DNA from: Escherichia coli | GTDB taxonomy: Bacteria; Pseudomonadota; Gammaproteobacteria; Enterobacterales; Enterobacteriaceae | Assembly (NCBI RefSeq): GCF_003019035.1 | Contig: NZ_CP027447.1 | Direction: 5' to 3' (one strand) | Length of the DNA stretch: 64,000 bases | Part shown: piece after piece, positions 8,939 to 18,043 of the stretch | Layout of the letters: each line of letters begins with the position of its first letter | Numbering within the stretch: position 1 is the first letter of the stretch | Position numbers and translations under genes: made by a program | The notes under the pieces: model-generated | The model's database searches: none | What the model saw: only the letters and a program-made list of their open reading frames with translations | What the model was told of the DNA's origin: nothing

Positions 8939-9152
8939 GTTTTCTCTCTTCAGGCGGGTGATTTATCATTGCCAGCGAATGAGGGGCTGTATTACCTTTA
9001 TAAAGGCTTTACAGCCTCTGTTTTATAACCGCTTCCGGTTCACCGCATTGCTTTCCCTGTCCTTCTCCCCTGATGTTTTCTAAAGCAGATTAAAATCGCC
9101 GGGCCTGCATTTCTCACAAACTGTCTCCGACAACATAACGCGGGACAGCAAA
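8939..9152 (+). promoter_or_regulatory. 214-bp intergenic region inside the head operon with an imperfect palindrome centred on TTTATAAA; candidate late promoter (position of Mu PI)
   Basis: Long gap in an otherwise tightly packed operon; palindrome seen at ~8985-9020. Confidence 0.3.
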
Positions 9153-10268
9153 ATGTCAGCCATTCACATTTTTAAAGCCGGTACTCATACCGATATGCAC
9201 GGCAAAAAACTGCCGTTCACGCCAGACGATCTTGCCGCCTGCGTGAAAGCCTATGACCCGTCCGTCCATGAAGCACCACTCGTGATTGGTCATCCCAGAA
9301 CGGAAGACCCGGCGTGGGGCTGGGTGAAAGCCCTGTCGCTCAGCGGCGTCGATCTGATGGCAGAGCCTGCCCAGCTGGACCCGCAGTTTGCTGAGATGGT
9401 CACCGACGGACGATTCAAAAAAGTGTCCGCCTCTTTCTACCTCCCGGATTCACCGTCCAATCCGAAGCCCGGCGTGCTCTACCTGCGCCATGTGGGCTTT
9501 CTCGGGGCACAGCCACCTTCCGTCAAGGGGCTGAAACAGGTGTCCTTCAGTGAGCAGGAAGAAGGTGTGGTGGAGTTCGCCGACTGGCAGGCCATCACGA
9601 ATGCCTCCCTGTGGGGAAAGCTGCGCGATTTTCTGATCGCCCGCTTCAGTCTGGACGAGGCAGAAAAAGTCCTGCCGGAATGGCAGCTCAACAGTCTGCG
9701 CGAAGAGGCGTACCGCGACACACTGTCGCAGGATGCAGCAGGTGCCCAATTCAGTGAGACAGGCCCGGGGCCGTCTTCCGCAAGTAACGAGGAATCATCG
9801 ATGACAAAAGAAGAGATTGAAGCCCTTCAGGAGGAGAACCGCCGCCTGAAGCAGCAGGCTGCTGATCGCGATGCGCGTGATGCACAGGTCAGACAGGAGC
9901 AACTGCATAAGGACAATGTGGCCTTTGCAGAAAAACTGGTCGCAGAGGGCCGTCTGGCTCCCCGCGCCTCCTCCGTGGTGGTTGCCCTGCTGGATGCCGT
10001 CGCCGGTGGCGACAAGCCGGTGGAGTTTGCTGAGGGGGAAAGCCGCACACCGCTGGCCACCGCCTTTCGTTCATTGCTCTCCGACGGGGAGCCGGTGATG
10101 AATTTCGCCGAACAGGCCACAAAAGAGCGTGTCGGCGACACGGTGAAGGTGGATGTGGCGGAGTTTGCGGAAGCCGATCCTGAGCGTCTGGCCCTGCATC
10201 AGAAAGCAGTGGCCCTGTCCAAAAAAGAAGGCATCAGCTATGAGGCTGCTGTCGCACGCTGCCTGTAA
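9153..10268 (+). CDS. head maturation protease (Mu I-like) with C-terminal scaffold region
   Basis: Mu I-like N-terminal region; coiled-coil C-terminal half. Confidence 0.7.
   Translation: MSAIHIFKAGTHTDMHGKKLPFTPDDLAACVKAYDPSVHEAPLVIGHPRTEDPAWGWVKALSLSGVDLMAEPAQLDPQFAEMVTDGRFKKVSASFYLPDSPSNPKPGVLYLRHVGFLGAQPPSVKGLKQVSFSEQEEGVVEFADWQAITNASLWGKLRDFLIARFSLDEAEKVLPEWQLNSLREEAYRDTLSQDAAGAQFSETGPGPSSASNEESSMTKEEIEALQEENRRLKQQAADRDARDAQVRQEQLHKDNVAFAEKLVAEGRLAPRASSVVVALLDAVAGGDKPVEFAEGESRTPLATAFRSLLSDGEPVMNFAEQATKERVGDTVKVDVAEFAEADPERLALHQKAVALSKKEGISYEAAVARCL
9801..10268 (+). CDS. nested in-frame scaffold protein (Mu Z-like), internal ATG with SD GAGGAA
   Basis: In-frame ATG at 9801 preceded by GAGGAA at 7 nt; Mu makes Z from an internal start in I. 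Confidence 0.4.
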   Translation: MTKEEIEALQEENRRLKQQAADRDARDAQVRQEQLHKDNVAFAEKLVAEGRLAPRASSVVVALLDAVAGGDKPVEFAEGESRTPLATAFRSLLSDGEPVMNFAEQATKERVGDTVKVDVAEFAEADPERLALHQKAVALSKKEGISYEAAVARCL

Positions 10269-10282
10269 TTTAAGGAGAAATC

Positions 10283-11236
10283 ATGTCTGATTACTTAAAA
10301 GGTAAACGTGTCGTTGATCCGGTACTGACCAGTATCGCCCGTGGCTATAAAAATGCCGCATTCATCGGCGAACGTATTTTCCCCGTCGTGCTGACGGACA
10401 AGGAAGGCGTGCGTGTACCGACCTTCGGGAAAACCGCCTTTGTGGAATATGACACCGAGCGCGCCGTCGGGGCGGACAGCAATGTTCTGGTCCGTGAGAA
10501 AACCGGCACGCTTGATCTGGTGCTGGGTGAACACGATCTGGCAGCGCCGGTGGATTACCGCGAACAGGCGGAGTCCATGTTTAACGAGGAGAGCAAGGCC
10601 ATCCGTCGCGCCACGAATGGCGTGAACCTGCGCCGTGAACTTATCGCTGCCCGTCTGGCTCAGGATGAAAAGGTCTACCGTACCGGACACGTCAAAAAAC
10701 TGACGTCCGGCGACCGCTGGGCCGGTGGTAAGGGTGACCCCATCGGGGTGATTGAAGCCGGTATGGAAGCGGTCCGTACGGCCACAGGGCTGCGTCCTAA
10801 CCTGATGACCATGGGTGCCGGCGTGATGGCGCTGCTGAAGTTCCATCCAGCACTTCAGGCAGCCATCGGAGCCAACGAGCGTAAGCGCATCACCACGGAG
10901 ATCCTGCAGGACCTCTTTCAGATCGAAGAGATCGTCATCGGTGCTCCTGTTTCCCTGCCATCCATGAAAGCGGCAATGGATAAAAACAGCGTGCCGGCGG
11001 ATATCTGGGGAGACAACCTGATGCTGCACTATGTCGGCAAACCGCAGCCCGGGGCGGACAGCGCGGACGAGAACGAGCCGTCCTTCGGCTACACTCTGCG
11101 TCGTAAGGGGATGCCTGTTGCTGACAAATACGACGGAGCCGGTGGCAAGGTGAAGTACTGCCGTTATACCGATATCTACAAAGTCGCCGTGGTTGGTGGC
11201 GATGCCGGGTATCTCATCACCGGTATCAGTAAATAA
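10283..11236 (+). CDS. major head subunit (Mu T-like), 317 aa
   Basis: Size, strong SD AAGGAG, position after protease/scaffold. Confidence 0.8.
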   Translation: MSDYLKGKRVVDPVLTSIARGYKNAAFIGERIFPVVLTDKEGVRVPTFGKTAFVEYDTERAVGADSNVLVREKTGTLDLVLGEHDLAAPVDYREQAESMFNEESKAIRRATNGVNLRRELIAARLAQDEKVYRTGHVKKLTSGDRWAGGKGDPIGVIEAGMEAVRTATGLRPNLMTMGAGVMALLKFHPALQAAIGANERKRITTEILQDLFQIEEIVIGAPVSLPSMKAAMDKNSVPADIWGDNLMLHYVGKPQPGADSADENEPSFGYTLRRKGMPVADKYDGAGGKVKYCRYTDIYKVAVVGGDAGYLITGISK

Positions 11237-11245
11237 GGAGGCGTT

Positions 11246-11584
11246 ATGGGAACCACTCAGCAGGTCATTCTGATTACAACCGTAACGGCAGGGGCAGAAC
11301 TGGCACAGCAGCGTTTTGTCGGGGCAGATAATACCCCCTGTAAAGCCGGTGCCGCAGCGCTCGGGGTTGCCGATGTGGATGCTGTTACCGGCGACAGCAC
11401 GCCGGTGAGCGTTCTGGGCATTATTGCTGTTGAGGCCGGTGCTGCGGTCAGCCGTGGTGTGGCTGTTCAGTCAGATGCTCAGGCCAGAGCCGTGCCGCAG
11501 TCCGGCGACGGTAAATCCTGTGGTATTGCACTTGATGAAGCCGGGGGTGAAGGCGACGTCATTCGTATCCTGCGCGGGGTGTGA
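11246..11584 (+). CDS. small Gly/Ala/Val-rich head-associated protein, 112 aa
   Basis: SD AGGAGG; position after major head gene. Confidence 0.4.
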   Translation: MGTTQQVILITTVTAGAELAQQRFVGADNTPCKAGAAALGVADVDAVTGDSTPVSVLGIIAVEAGAAVSRGVAVQSDAQARAVPQSGDGKSCGIALDEAGGEGDVIRILRGV

Positions 11585-11585
11585 C

Positions 11586-12032
11586 ATGTACTGCACCCTG
11601 GAGGATTTGCTTGCGCAGGTGCCGGAACGAACGCTGATCGAGCTCACCAGTGAAGAGATGGACTTCGACTCGCCTGCAACAGTGAATACCCGTGTGGTGG
11701 ACAGCTGTATCCGCTATGCCGACGAGCTGATTGATGCCCATCTGCGCGGACGCTATATCCTGCCACTGGCAGAGATACCGACTGTTCTGCGGGACATTGC
11801 CATCACGCTGGTCCGTTACCGGCTCTACGCCCGCCGCCCGGAAGGTGACCTCCCGGATACGGTGAAGGATGACCACAAAGAAGCGCTGCGGCAACTCAGG
11901 GAGTTACGTGATAACAGGCTCACGCTGGGGCTGCCGTCCACTCAGAAAGATGTGCCTGAGCCTGGCGAGTTTCGTGTACGCAGCCGCCTGGCCACTTTCG
12001 GCGGTCGTGACGGTTTACTGGAGAAATACTGA
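11586..12032 (+). CDS. head-tail joining protein candidate (Mu gp36-like)
   Basis: ATG 11586 directly after upstream stop; ORF-track ORF 11424..12032 trimmed. Confidence 0.45.
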   Translation: MYCTLEDLLAQVPERTLIELTSEEMDFDSPATVNTRVVDSCIRYADELIDAHLRGRYILPLAEIPTVLRDIAITLVRYRLYARRPEGDLPDTVKDDHKEALRQLRELRDNRLTLGLPSTQKDVPEPGEFRVRSRLATFGGRDGLLEKY

Positions 12033-12496
12033 TGAACGTTCTGCCCGTCCTTGATGCGGTACTGGCCCGGTTACGCGAGAAGCTGCCGCAACTGCAGGTG
12101 GAGTACTTCCCGGAGAAACCGGCTGAATATCGCCTGAACCATCCGGTTGGCGCGTTGCTGCTGAGCTATGCCGGTTCGCGCTTTGACAGGCCGGATGATA
12201 CCGGTGCGGTGATCCAGTCTCAGACTATCCAGCTCTACGTCACGGTGGTCTTCCGCCAGCTCAACGGTAAAAAAGGGGCGATTAATGTCCTGGATGCTGT
12301 CCGCCGCATTCTCGGCGGCCACACCCCGCCCGGCTGCCGCCGCCGTATCTGGCTGACCCGCGAGGTGTTCATCGGTGAAGTCAGGGGGCTGTGGCAATAC
12401 GCCCTCGACTTCGCGACTGAAAGCGTCTTTATCGAAGACAGCGATTTACCGTCCGGCCCGCTGTTAACCGAAGTGAACTATGAGGAAAGCGAGTGA
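12032..12496 (+). CDS. neck/tail completion protein candidate (Mu gp37-like)
   Basis: Order and size. Confidence 0.45.
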   Translation: MNVLPVLDAVLARLREKLPQLQVEYFPEKPAEYRLNHPVGALLLSYAGSRFDRPDDTGAVIQSQTIQLYVTVVFRQLNGKKGAINVLDAVRRILGGHTPPGCRRRIWLTREVFIGEVRGLWQYALDFATESVFIEDSDLPSGPLLTEVNYEESE

Positions 12497-12747
12497 TGAA
12501 AGAATACCGCTATTCCGGCCCGGCCAGCGGCGTCACGCTGTGGGACGGAACCGAAATCCTGCTCTGGCCGGGGAAGACGGTTTCCCTGCCGGAGGAGCAT
12601 GACTACGTGAAGGTACTGGTGGCGCTGAAGCATCTGACGCCGGTACCAGAAGATACTAAACCCGCCGTCACACCGGCAGTGCAGTCACCAAAGCGCAGAA
12701 GCAGCAGTGACAGCGAAGTGAAAACGGAGGACTCCCATGGCAGCTAA
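12496..12747 (+). CDS. small phage protein (Mu gp38-like position), 83 aa
   Basis: ATG 12496 overlapping upstream stop. Confidence 0.4.
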   Translation: MKEYRYSGPASGVTLWDGTEILLWPGKTVSLPEEHDYVKVLVALKHLTPVPEDTKPAVTPAVQSPKRRSSSDSEVKTEDSHGS

Positions 12748-14164
12748 CTATCTGCATGGCGTCGAAACCATTGAGGTGGAAAACGGAGCCCGCCCGGTTA
12801 AAACGGTGAAATCTGCCGTTATTGGCCTGATTGGTACCGCCCCGATGGGGGATGTCAATACGCTGGTACAGTGCCTGTCTGAGAAAGACGCTGCGGCATT
12901 TGGCAGCCAGTTCACCGGCTTTACCATTCCGCAGGCGCTGGATGCGATTTATGACCATGGTGCAGGCACCGTTCTGGTCATTAACGTACTCGATCCGTCT
13001 GTGCATAAAACCGCTGTGGTCAGTGAGAATGTGTCGTTCGACAAGGCGACAGGCAGAGCCCGGCTGGCTAATCCGGTGGTCGCGCAGCTGGTACTGAAAC
13101 CGGACAGCGACGGTCAGCCTTATGTTGAAGGTCAGGACTACTCGCTTGATGCACAGACCGGGGTGATTACTAACCTGGGTAAAAGCATTGCTGCAGATGC
13201 AACGGTGAAGGCCAGCTATAACTATGCTGATCCGACCAAAGTCACCCCGGCTGATATCATCGGTACCGTTAACGCTGCAGGCAACCGTACCGGCATGAAG
13301 CTGCTTAACGACAGTTTTAACCTGTTTGGCTACTTCGCCAAAATCCTGATTGCTCCGGTATTCTGCACCCAGAATAGCGTCTCGGTTGAGCTTATCGCCA
13401 TGGCTGAGAAACTGGGAGCAGTAACCTATATTGATGCGCCGGTTGGTACCACTTTTGCGCAGGCTCTGGCGGGACGTGGCCCGGAAGGCACCATTAACTT
13501 TAATACCAGCTCTGACCGTGTCCGCCTGTGCTACCCGCATGTGAAGGTATATGACCCGGTGACGAACACGGAGCGTCTGGAGCCACTGAGCCAGCGTGCG
13601 GCGGGCCTGCGTGCCAAAGTCGACCTGGACAAAGGGTACTGGTGGTCATCCTCCAATCAGGAAATTCTGGGGATCACCGGCGTGGAGCGCCAGCTGTCGG
13701 CAATGATTGACGATCCGCAGAGCGAGGTGAACCTGCTTAACGAACAGGGGATCACCACGGTATTCAGCAGTTACGGCAGCGGCCTTCGTCTGTGGGGTAA
13801 CCGGACGGCAGCATGGCCAACGGTCACCCATATGCGTAACTTTGAGAACGTTCGCCGCACCGGTGATGTGATCAACGAGTCCATTCGTTACTTCAGCCAG
13901 CAGTACATCGACATGCCGATTACTCAGGCGCTGATTGATGCACTGACGGAGTCGGTCAACGCCTACGGTCGCAAAATGACTGGTGATGGTGCGGTACTGG
14001 GCTTCCGTTGCTGGTTTGATCCGGCCCGCAATCCGGAGACGGAGCTGGCCGCCGGGCACCTGTTGCTGAGCTACAAATATACGCCACCACCGCCGCTGGA
14101 GCGACTGACGTTTGAGACTGAAATCACCTCGGAATACCTGTTAACCCTGAAAGGGGGCAACTGA
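12737..14164 (+). CDS. contractile tail sheath protein (Mu L-like), 475 aa
   Basis: Size, order, sheath-like sequence. Confidence 0.8.
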   Translation: MAANYLHGVETIEVENGARPVKTVKSAVIGLIGTAPMGDVNTLVQCLSEKDAAAFGSQFTGFTIPQALDAIYDHGAGTVLVINVLDPSVHKTAVVSENVSFDKATGRARLANPVVAQLVLKPDSDGQPYVEGQDYSLDAQTGVITNLGKSIAADATVKASYNYADPTKVTPADIIGTVNAAGNRTGMKLLNDSFNLFGYFAKILIAPVFCTQNSVSVELIAMAEKLGAVTYIDAPVGTTFAQALAGRGPEGTINFNTSSDRVRLCYPHVKVYDPVTNTERLEPLSQRAAGLRAKVDLDKGYWWSSSNQEILGITGVERQLSAMIDDPQSEVNLLNEQGITTVFSSYGSGLRLWGNRTAAWPTVTHMRNFENVRRTGDVINESIRYFSQQYIDMPITQALIDALTESVNAYGRKMTGDGAVLGFRCWFDPARNPETELAAGHLLLSYKYTPPPPLERLTFETEITSEYLLTLKGGN

Positions 14165-14685
14165 TGTCAAAGATTGAGATAAACCGAATCACGAATGCCA
14201 ACATCTATCTGGATGGTACTAACCTGCTGGGACGGGCTGAGGAAGTTAAACTCCCCGATGTCTCCATGATTATGCAGGAGCACAAGGCACTGGGGATGGT
14301 GGGTAAGGTGGAACTCCCGGCTGGTTTTGACAAACTGGAAGGCGAAATCAAATGGAACAGCTTTTACCGCGATGCGATGTTGTCTGCCGCGAACCCGTAC
14401 AGGTCGCTGGCGCTGCAGTGTCGCTCCAGCGTCCAGCGCTACAGCTCGCAGGGGCTGATCGACGAAATCCCGCTGGTCACCTTCCTGACAATTATGTTCA
14501 AGAAGAACCCGCTGGGGACGTTCAAACAGCACGAGAACGCCGAGTTCTCCAGTAGCTTCACCTGCACGTATATCAGACAGGTACTGGATGGTGAAGAGTT
14601 GCTGCAACTGGACTATCTGGCCAACATCTTCCGCGTCGGTGGCGTTGATCAACTGACTGACTATCGAATCAATATCGGGGGCTGA
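14164..14685 (+). CDS. tail tube protein (Mu M-like), 173 aa
   Basis: Size and position after sheath. Confidence 0.75.
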   Translation: MSKIEINRITNANIYLDGTNLLGRAEEVKLPDVSMIMQEHKALGMVGKVELPAGFDKLEGEIKWNSFYRDAMLSAANPYRSLALQCRSSVQRYSSQGLIDEIPLVTFLTIMFKKNPLGTFKQHENAEFSSSFTCTYIRQVLDGEELLQLDYLANIFRVGGVDQLTDYRINIGG

Positions 14686-14687
14686 CG

Positions 14688-14969
14688 GTGAGTGTTGAAC
14701 TGACTGACAAAGGAGGGCGATGTGCGTCACTGGGCATGTCAAATGGTACGTGGTTTACCCTCCTTGATATTCCGGGGGTGGAGACCCTCTTTAATACCCG
14801 TAAAACCAATGACCCGATTGACTGCACACGTTCAAAGGCCCGCAAACTGGCCGATTTGATTGAAGCATGGGAGCCGCCCGACCAGTGGTTCTCCGGCACC
14901 GGCAACTCTGAGGGAAAGGCGCTTCTCATCGCTTTCCTGCGTAACTGCAAGGGTTTTCGCACTTGCTGA
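14688..14969 (+). CDS. hypothetical protein, 93 aa, GTG start, followed by a terminator
   Basis: ORF immediately after tube stop; strong terminator directly downstream. Confidence 0.35.
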   Translation: MSVELTDKGGRCASLGMSNGTWFTLLDIPGVETLFNTRKTNDPIDCTRSKARKLADLIEAWEPPDQWFSGTGNSEGKALLIAFLRNCKGFRTC

Positions 14970-14976
14970 CATCACA

Positions 14977-14998
14977 GGGGCTCCGGCCCCTTCTTTTT
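14977..14998 (+). terminator. rho-independent terminator GGGGC-TCCG-GCCCC followed by TTCTTTTT
   Basis: GC stem plus T-tract read directly. Confidence 0.6.
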
Positions 14999-15066
14999 AA
15001 TCCCCTTTAATATCCGTCACGTCCACCGCCAGACATACTGCTCTGAATTTACAAAGGAGTATGATC

Positions 15067-15402
15067 ATGTCACAGACCCAGTCCGATACTTTTACGCTGT
15101 CTTATCCTTTCACCACTGCTGCAGGTACCAGAATTGAACAGATTGAACTGAAACGCCTGACAGTAAAAGACCTGAAGCAGGTGCGCAAAATCAACAAAGA
15201 CCCGACAGACTGGGACGAACCACTGATTGCCCGTAGCACCGGTATCCTCCCGGAAGACCTCGATAACATGGATCTTGCCGACTATATGGAGCTGCAGAAA
15301 CGATTTCAGAAAATCACTGGGCTGGGCAAGAGCGACAAAAACACTGATGCAGGCGCAGGGCCTGCTGGCGAGATGGTTCAGGTTTCAACCGGGGGAGATT
15401 GA
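15067..15402 (+). CDS. tail assembly chaperone (Mu gp41 position); SD AAGGAGT
   Basis: Position immediately upstream of tape measure. Confidence 0.55.
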   Translation: MSQTQSDTFTLSYPFTTAAGTRIEQIELKRLTVKDLKQVRKINKDPTDWDEPLIARSTGILPEDLDNMDLADYMELQKRFQKITGLGKSDKNTDAGAGPAGEMVQVSTGGD

Positions 15403-15484
15403 TGCCCTCGATACTGACGATCTGGAGATGTGGCTGGAGCAGGCTGAAGAGCAAATCAAAAGCGAGTTCGGCGACAATCAGTAA
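15227..15484 (+). CDS. overlapping +1/-2 frame ORF, probable frameshift extension of the tail assembly chaperone
   Basis: Open frame overlapping the 3' half of the chaperone gene with no SD of its own. Confidence 0.35.
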   Translation: MPVAPVSSRKTSITWILPTIWSCRNDFRKSLGWARATKTLMQAQGLLARWFRFQPGEIDALDTDDLEMWLEQAEEQIKSEFGDNQ

Positions 15485-15577
15485 CAACGTATCACTTAAC
15501 AGCCGCCAGTCGCGGCTGTTCTGCATGGGTTTCAGACACTTCCCTTCCGTTTTTTTTGCTTTCAGAGGATAGCCACC

Positions 15578-18043
15578 GTGGCCAGTGAATTTTCAGTCGG
15601 CGTCATTATTGGCGGCATTGTCGGGAGCAGCTTCCGCTCAGCCGTCAGTGGCACCCGACGCGCCCTTGATTCCCTTGGTGATACCTCCCGCCGTCTGCAG
15701 GAACGCCAGAATGCCTTAACCCGGGCAACAGAACGTTATGGTCAACTGGGTTCTTCCCGGATGCAGCATCTCAACAGCGAGTTGCTGCGGGTAAGCCGCA
15801 CCATGGAGCAAATTGAACGTCAGCAGCGCCGTCTGTCAGCAGTATCAGCCACCGGTGATGCGTTGAAGGCTAACCGCCTGGCGCTCTATGGTCAGGGTGC
15901 AGAAACCTATGCTATTGGCAGAACGCTGGGCGCACCGGTCATGGCCTCGGTTAAACAATATGCCTCGTTTGAATCACAGTTGCGGGATATCAGTGTCACA
16001 GGAGACCTGGATGCAAAACAGGAACGTGCAATTGGCCAGGCTATCAGACAGGCCTCGCTGAAGGTTAACCAACTGCAGGAGTCTCTGTTAGGGGGAGTCG
16101 GACAATTAGTTGCTGATGGTATGGCCCCCGAACGGGCAGCAACGTTTGCAGAGATGCTTGGAAAGACCGCTACAGCAACCAAAGCCGATATGACCGACCT
16201 TGCCAAAATGACTTATGCCTTCAGCGATGCACTCAGAATCACTGATGCGAAAGAACTTGAACAGGCGTTTGGTATTGCGGCAACAGGAGCCAAACTTGGG
16301 TCATTTGAGCTGAAGGATATGGCAAAAGCATTACCCGGTATGGCTAAAGCCTTCGCTGCTCGTGGTATTTATGGAAAAGATGCGATTACCCAGATTGTTG
16401 CCAGTCTGGAGGTCGGTAAAGGTAGTGGCTCTGCAGAGGAAGCGGTCACCAATATGTCCAACTGGCTGGCAGCAATGGGCCGCGGAGATACCATCCAGAA
16501 ATATGCTAAAGCCGGGGTGGATTACCAGGGGTCAATGCAGAATTACGTCGCTCAGGGTTTTTCGCAGTACGAAGCTTCACTGATGATTGCCAACCGTTTT
16601 ATCGACAGTAAAGGCAAAGCGTTCTTGCAGCAATGGAAAGCTGCAGGAGCAAGAGGCGATCAGGAAGGTCAGCAGAAACTCATGGAGTCATTTGGTCTGG
16701 CTGAGGTCTTTACCGATATTCAGACTGTCAACCATTTACTGTCAATGCGACAGGGCTGGGATAAATACCTTTCCAGTAAGCAGGAAATGAATGCTCCGGC
16801 TGCAATGTCTACCCTGGATAAGGATGCTGCAAAGCAGAATGATACGCTTGAAGGTCGCTGGCGCAGAATGCAGATCGGCTTTAATGATTCTGCTATCAGC
16901 ATCGGGCAATCCTTGCGTCCGGCTTTGCTCCAGTTGGGTGAAACATTTATTCCTTTAATGGACAGCGTCGGCAAATGGATAGCGGCAAATCCGCAGCTCG
17001 TCAGCAGCACCATAAAGGTTGTGGGCGCATTACTCGCTTTCAGGATGGCCACTATCGGTCTCAAGTTTGGGCTGAATCTCCTTATTTCCCCCTTTGTAAG
17101 CGTCTGGAAAAATGCTGTTTTACTTCGGGCCAACTGGCTTCGTCTGATGCTCGCACTGGGGGAAGGCGGTAAACTCCGCTGGCTGGTGACAGGCTTTGGT
17201 GCCGTCGCCAGAGGAGCCAGAACACTGGGGGGTGTGCTCTCAGGGGGGCTGGTTCGCGGAATTATGAGCGCCGGGCGTGCCGTTCTCTGGATTGGCCGGG
17301 CGCTGATGATGAATCCCATCGGTCTCGCTATCACCGCCGTCGCGGCAGCAGCTTACCTTATCTACCGCAACTGGGGCGCGGTCAGTAGCTGGTTTAAACA
17401 GCGCTGGGCTGACATTCAGGAAGCCTTTAACGGCGGTATCGCGGGAATTGGTAAACTGCTGGTTAACTGGTCTCCGGCAGGTCTGCTTTATAAAGCCTTT
17501 GCGGCTGCGCTGAAATATCTCGGCGTTGATTTGCCGGCGAAATTCACCGACTTCGGTGGTCATCTTATTGACGGGCTGATAAATGGCATCAGAAACAAAT
17601 GGGAGTCACTGAAAACCAGCATAACCGGAATGGGTGACAGCATCAGTGACTGGTTCAGCGAAAAGCTGGGCATCCATTCACCGAGTCGCGTGTTTATAGG
17701 CTTTGGTGACAATATCGCGCAGGGTGCCGCCATTGGCCTGCAACGGACCACTCCGCTTGCTGCACTGGCCGGGCAGCGCCTGGCCGCTGAAATGACACCG
17801 GATGTTCCCCGTATCCCGTCGCCGGAAATCATGGCTGCCGGATATTCAGGCCGTGGCGCAACGGCAACCGGCGGTGGAGCGTCTGGCGGTATCCAGGTCA
17901 GCTTTAATCCTCAGTTTTTCCTCAATGGTAAGGAAACCGCAGCGCCTGCCGGGCTGACTGGTGCCCTGAATATGAGCCTGCATGAGCTGGAAAAAATGCT
18001 GGAGCGTCTGCTGGCTCAGAAACAACGTAAGGAGTACAGCTGA
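15578..18043 (+). CDS. tail tape measure protein, 821 aa (GTG start)
   Basis: Length, Ala/Gly-rich repetitive sequence, position. Confidence 0.8.
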   Translation: MASEFSVGVIIGGIVGSSFRSAVSGTRRALDSLGDTSRRLQERQNALTRATERYGQLGSSRMQHLNSELLRVSRTMEQIERQQRRLSAVSATGDALKANRLALYGQGAETYAIGRTLGAPVMASVKQYASFESQLRDISVTGDLDAKQERAIGQAIRQASLKVNQLQESLLGGVGQLVADGMAPERAATFAEMLGKTATATKADMTDLAKMTYAFSDALRITDAKELEQAFGIAATGAKLGSFELKDMAKALPGMAKAFAARGIYGKDAITQIVASLEVGKGSGSAEEAVTNMSNWLAAMGRGDTIQKYAKAGVDYQGSMQNYVAQGFSQYEASLMIANRFIDSKGKAFLQQWKAAGARGDQEGQQKLMESFGLAEVFTDIQTVNHLLSMRQGWDKYLSSKQEMNAPAAMSTLDKDAAKQNDTLEGRWRRMQIGFNDSAISIGQSLRPALLQLGETFIPLMDSVGKWIAANPQLVSSTIKVVGALLAFRMATIGLKFGLNLLISPFVSVWKNAVLLRANWLRLMLALGEGGKLRWLVTGFGAVARGARTLGGVLSGGLVRGIMSAGRAVLWIGRALMMNPIGLAITAVAAAAYLIYRNWGAVSSWFKQRWADIQEAFNGGIAGIGKLLVNWSPAGLLYKAFAAALKYLGVDLPAKFTDFGGHLIDGLINGIRNKWESLKTSITGMGDSISDWFSEKLGIHSPSRVFIGFGDNIAQGAAIGLQRTTPLAALAGQRLAAEMTPDVPRIPSPEIMAAGYSGRGATATGGGASGGIQVSFNPQFFLNGKETAAPAGLTGALNMSLHELEKMLERLLAQKQRKEYS

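Noticed and set aside
10295-11029. 244-aa - strand ORF antisense to the major head gene
   Set aside because: Antisense to a well-supported structural gene; typical spurious ORF in GC-rich coding DNA.
12668-13540. 290-aa - strand ORF antisense to the sheath gene
   Set aside because: Same reasoning; no SD, overlaps a confident gene.
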